From assembly GCA_964609375.1 (NCBI GenBank), contig CAZSSA010000026.1:1-28131 (forward strand): a stretch of DNA of 28,131 nt. Reading direction: 5' to 3'. Below, piece after piece: positions 26,506 through 28,131 of the stretch (position 1 is its first letter; each line of letters opens with the position of its first letter). The notes beneath the pieces are model-generated. The model worked only from the letters and a program-made list of their open reading frames with translations, was not told the DNA's origin and searched no databases. This DNA is from an uncultured Verrucomicrobiota bacterium. Its GTDB lineage: Bacteria > Verrucomicrobiota > Kiritimatiellia > CAIKKV01 > CAITUY01. The position numbers and the translations under genes were made by a program.

Positions 26506-27692
26506 GCCACCGTTATAACGTTATATCCATACTGGCAGAGAGAATTCGATGTGGTTTTGCGTTGCTTCTAGCCTTCTGCTCCGTCTGTCTTGCCCACGAA
26601 CCGCAAATGCCGCAAGACGGTGCTGAACTCTGCAACAAGCTTGGCTACGATGCCACTCTTTTCTACACTTCAACAAAACTTGAACTTGTTTACTCCATGA
26701 GGATGCTACCCTTGGGAACTATGCCATCAAGTGGTGTCTTGGCCGCCACAAAAGGTGGCGTCTGCTGGTTCTCCGAACAAGGGCAACTCATCAAAACCAT
26801 CCAATATGCAACTCGCGAGCGTCCATGGGACGTCACGATTCTTAATGCTCTATCTGAAAACGAGATTCGCTTTCTCGGGACTCTCCCGGATCAAGGTCGT
26901 ACGGTTTTGTATGGTATCGATGGGGATGTCGTCATTAATCTGGCGGGGGGTTACTATACCCATGCCCGCATGGGAGATGTGAATGGTGACGGTTTCCAAG
27001 AATTCGTAGTCTCTTCAAAGCATGGCCTCACGATATTTGATTCTTCTGGAAAGTGGATCGGTTTCACCTCAGTTCCGAATTTGGACGTCGACTTTCATCT
27101 CACAGATGTCGATGCAGATGGGTCGTGCGAAATCATTGTGCGAACCTACGAGAAACAACGTAGAGATTGCATTCGAATTATCGATGCGCAAGGGAAACTT
27201 GTCAGTTCGTGGGTTCCCGACTTCCGTTTCTACAGTTTTGAGGTTGTACGTTGGCCCTCTTGGGATAAGGCGAGACTGCTCTTCCTCAACGGCGACGCGA
27301 TTGTCTTGACGGACACCGACGGCAAGAATTGTATGTCATTAGTCGCGCCAAAGGGGAGTAGGGTTGCCCGAGTCGTTGCCGAGACGTTGAACATTGGCGA
27401 ATCCAAGGAAGCATTACTGTGTGTGGCATCGGCTCGTGTCGGTGGCCCGCATATTGTATACATTTGGTCAGGTGATGGTGAGTTGCTCTATCAACGGCTC
27501 ATGGTGGATAGCGGGCTTTCTATTCTCGTGCCATCACGCATTGACACGAAAGCAAGGCAGTGCTTCTTTGTGGGGAGTAGGAATCGCATTTGGAAATACG
27601 GGCCGGGTTTGAAGCAGCAACCGGGGCCAATGGGGTCGCCCATCACTTCACAGAGTAATGAGGCGGACAAAGCGGATGTCATAGCTCACTGA
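26502..27692 (+). CDS. putative cognate immunity protein, FG-GAP/beta-propeller-like, with an N-terminal signal/lipoprotein-like segment
   Basis: The ATG overlaps the toxin stop (ATGA at 26502-26505). It is 396 aa long. The N-terminal hydrophobic segment is GFALLLAFCSVCLA. Repeated motifs MGDVNGDGFQEFVV and DVDADGSCEIIV are FG-GAP/VCBS-like, about 50 aa apart. GC is visibly lower than the core genome. Confidence 0.55.
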   Translation: MSHRYNVISILAERIRCGFALLLAFCSVCLAHEPQMPQDGAELCNKLGYDATLFYTSTKLELVYSMRMLPLGTMPSSGVLAATKGGVCWFSEQGQLIKTIQYATRERPWDVTILNALSENEIRFLGTLPDQGRTVLYGIDGDVVINLAGGYYTHARMGDVNGDGFQEFVVSSKHGLTIFDSSGKWIGFTSVPNLDVDFHLTDVDADGSCEIIVRTYEKQRRDCIRIIDAQGKLVSSWVPDFRFYSFEVVRWPSWDKARLLFLNGDAIVLTDTDGKNCMSLVAPKGSRVARVVAETLNIGESKEALLCVASARVGGPHIVYIWSGDGELLYQRLMVDSGLSILVPSRIDTKARQCFFVGSRNRIWKYGPGLKQQPGPMGSPITSQSNEADKADVIAH

Positions 27693-27694
27693 TT

Positions 27695-27916
27695 ATGTCC
27701 TACACATACACACTTGAACCCCAAAACGCCTGGCCTGCAAAATCTTTTGCAGGGCCGAAAACGCATACCCCCGGTTCACGGGTGAAGAATCTCGGCCACA
27801 GATATTACAGTACAGGGTTGGGGAGGTGGATCAGCCGCGATCCGTTGGGGGAGGAAGTATTTCTGCGGGGGTATGTAGAGGCAAGCGGTTCCCGTACCAC
27901 ACGTTCCTGCGGCTGA
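27695..27916 (+). pseudogene. second orphan RHS core-end remnant, truncated after about 19 aa of C-terminal tip
   Basis: Encodes ...KNLGHRYYSTGLGRWISRDPLGEEVFLRGYVEASGSRTTRSCG*. The DNA is about 86% identical over 51 bp to 25819-25870 of the first RHS tip (ggccacagatattacag...gggttggggaggtgg...cgcgatcc). It abuts an integrase fragment. Confidence 0.55.
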
Positions 27917-28131
27917 TCCATGCCACGGCCCGGCGCGCCGGCCTGCCGGCCAACGTCACGCCCCACACGTTGCGTCGCTCATGCACCACCGAGTTGTTGC
28001 GCGGCGGGGCCAACATGTACCACGTCAAGGAACTGCTCGGCCACGAGTCGCTCGACACCCTCAAGCACTACGCCAAGCTCACGATCCTCGACCTCAAGAA
28101 GGAGCACCAGCGCTGCCATCCCAGGGAACGG
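27898..28131 (+). pseudogene. tyrosine recombinase / phage integrase C-terminal catalytic fragment; the 5' end is missing and the 3' end runs off the window
   Basis: The frame reads ...HTFLRLIHATARRAGLPANVTPHTLRRSCTTELLRGGANMYHVKELLGHESLDTLKHYAKLTILDLKKEH. It contains the HxLR box, the LLGH box and the catalytic Tyr region (KHYAKLT) of XerC/D-type recombinases. In-frame sequence upstream of about 27895 is unrelated and has no start codon. Confidence 0.6.

Noticed and set aside
1-28131. CRISPR arrays, rRNA and tRNA genes
   Set aside because: No regularly spaced direct repeats of 25-40 bp were seen. No rRNA-like conserved blocks or tRNA-like structures were seen in the few noncoding gaps.

Overview
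This is a high-GC bacterial chromosomal window with Gram-negative-type envelope gene content (TolC-like outer membrane factor, lipoproteins, membrane fusion protein). Nearly every gene from coordinate 124 to about 18990 is on the minus strand, tightly packed, with ATGA or TAATG stop/start overlaps indicating translational coupling.

In order along the window:
- **1..73 (-):** the 5' end of a UDP-GlcNAc 2-epimerase-like gene, truncated by the window edge.
- **124..7834 (-):** a five-gene operon of secreted or envelope proteins. It contains a lipoprotein with an N-terminal CsgG/TolB-N-like domain fused to five FN3 repeats, then a roughly 1117-aa signal-peptide-bearing, extremely charged, low-complexity protein ending in a cluster of eight CxxC zinc-ribbon motifs, then a 96-aa secreted coiled-coil protein, a second CsgG/TolB-N-like periplasmic protein, and a secreted protein with a C-terminal coiled coil and glycine zipper. 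This is the best candidate for an undescribed system, possibly a curli-like export or surface-assembly apparatus for a giant disordered substrate.
- **8021..9477 (-):** an SDR oxidoreductase translationally coupled to a vapBC (PIN) toxin-antitoxin pair, with a recognisable sigma70-like promoter and operator.
- **9692..11877 (-):** a yqiJK-like NfeD plus flotillin (SPFH) pair.
- **11957..16504 (-):** a four-gene tripartite ABC efflux operon (TolC-like, HlyD-like, ATPase, FtsX permease).
- **16565..18930 (-):** a GT2 glycosyltransferase and an FHA-domain membrane protein.
- **19139..19868 (+):** a HepT/MNT (HEPN/nucleotidyltransferase) toxin-antitoxin pair.
- **19935..23166 (+):** a TGS-uridine-kinase fusion followed by a DUF2851 protein.
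- **23219..23962 (-):** a CPBP/CAAX intramembrane protease.
- **about 23963..28131 (+):** an island of visibly lower GC. It holds a secreted alpha/beta hydrolase, an orphan RHS C-terminal tip carrying a phospholipase-A2-like (CCxxHDxCY) toxin domain with an ATGA-coupled FG-GAP-like putative immunity gene, a second truncated RHS core-end remnant, and a 5'-truncated tyrosine recombinase fragment that runs off the window.

No rRNA, tRNA or CRISPR array was recognised.
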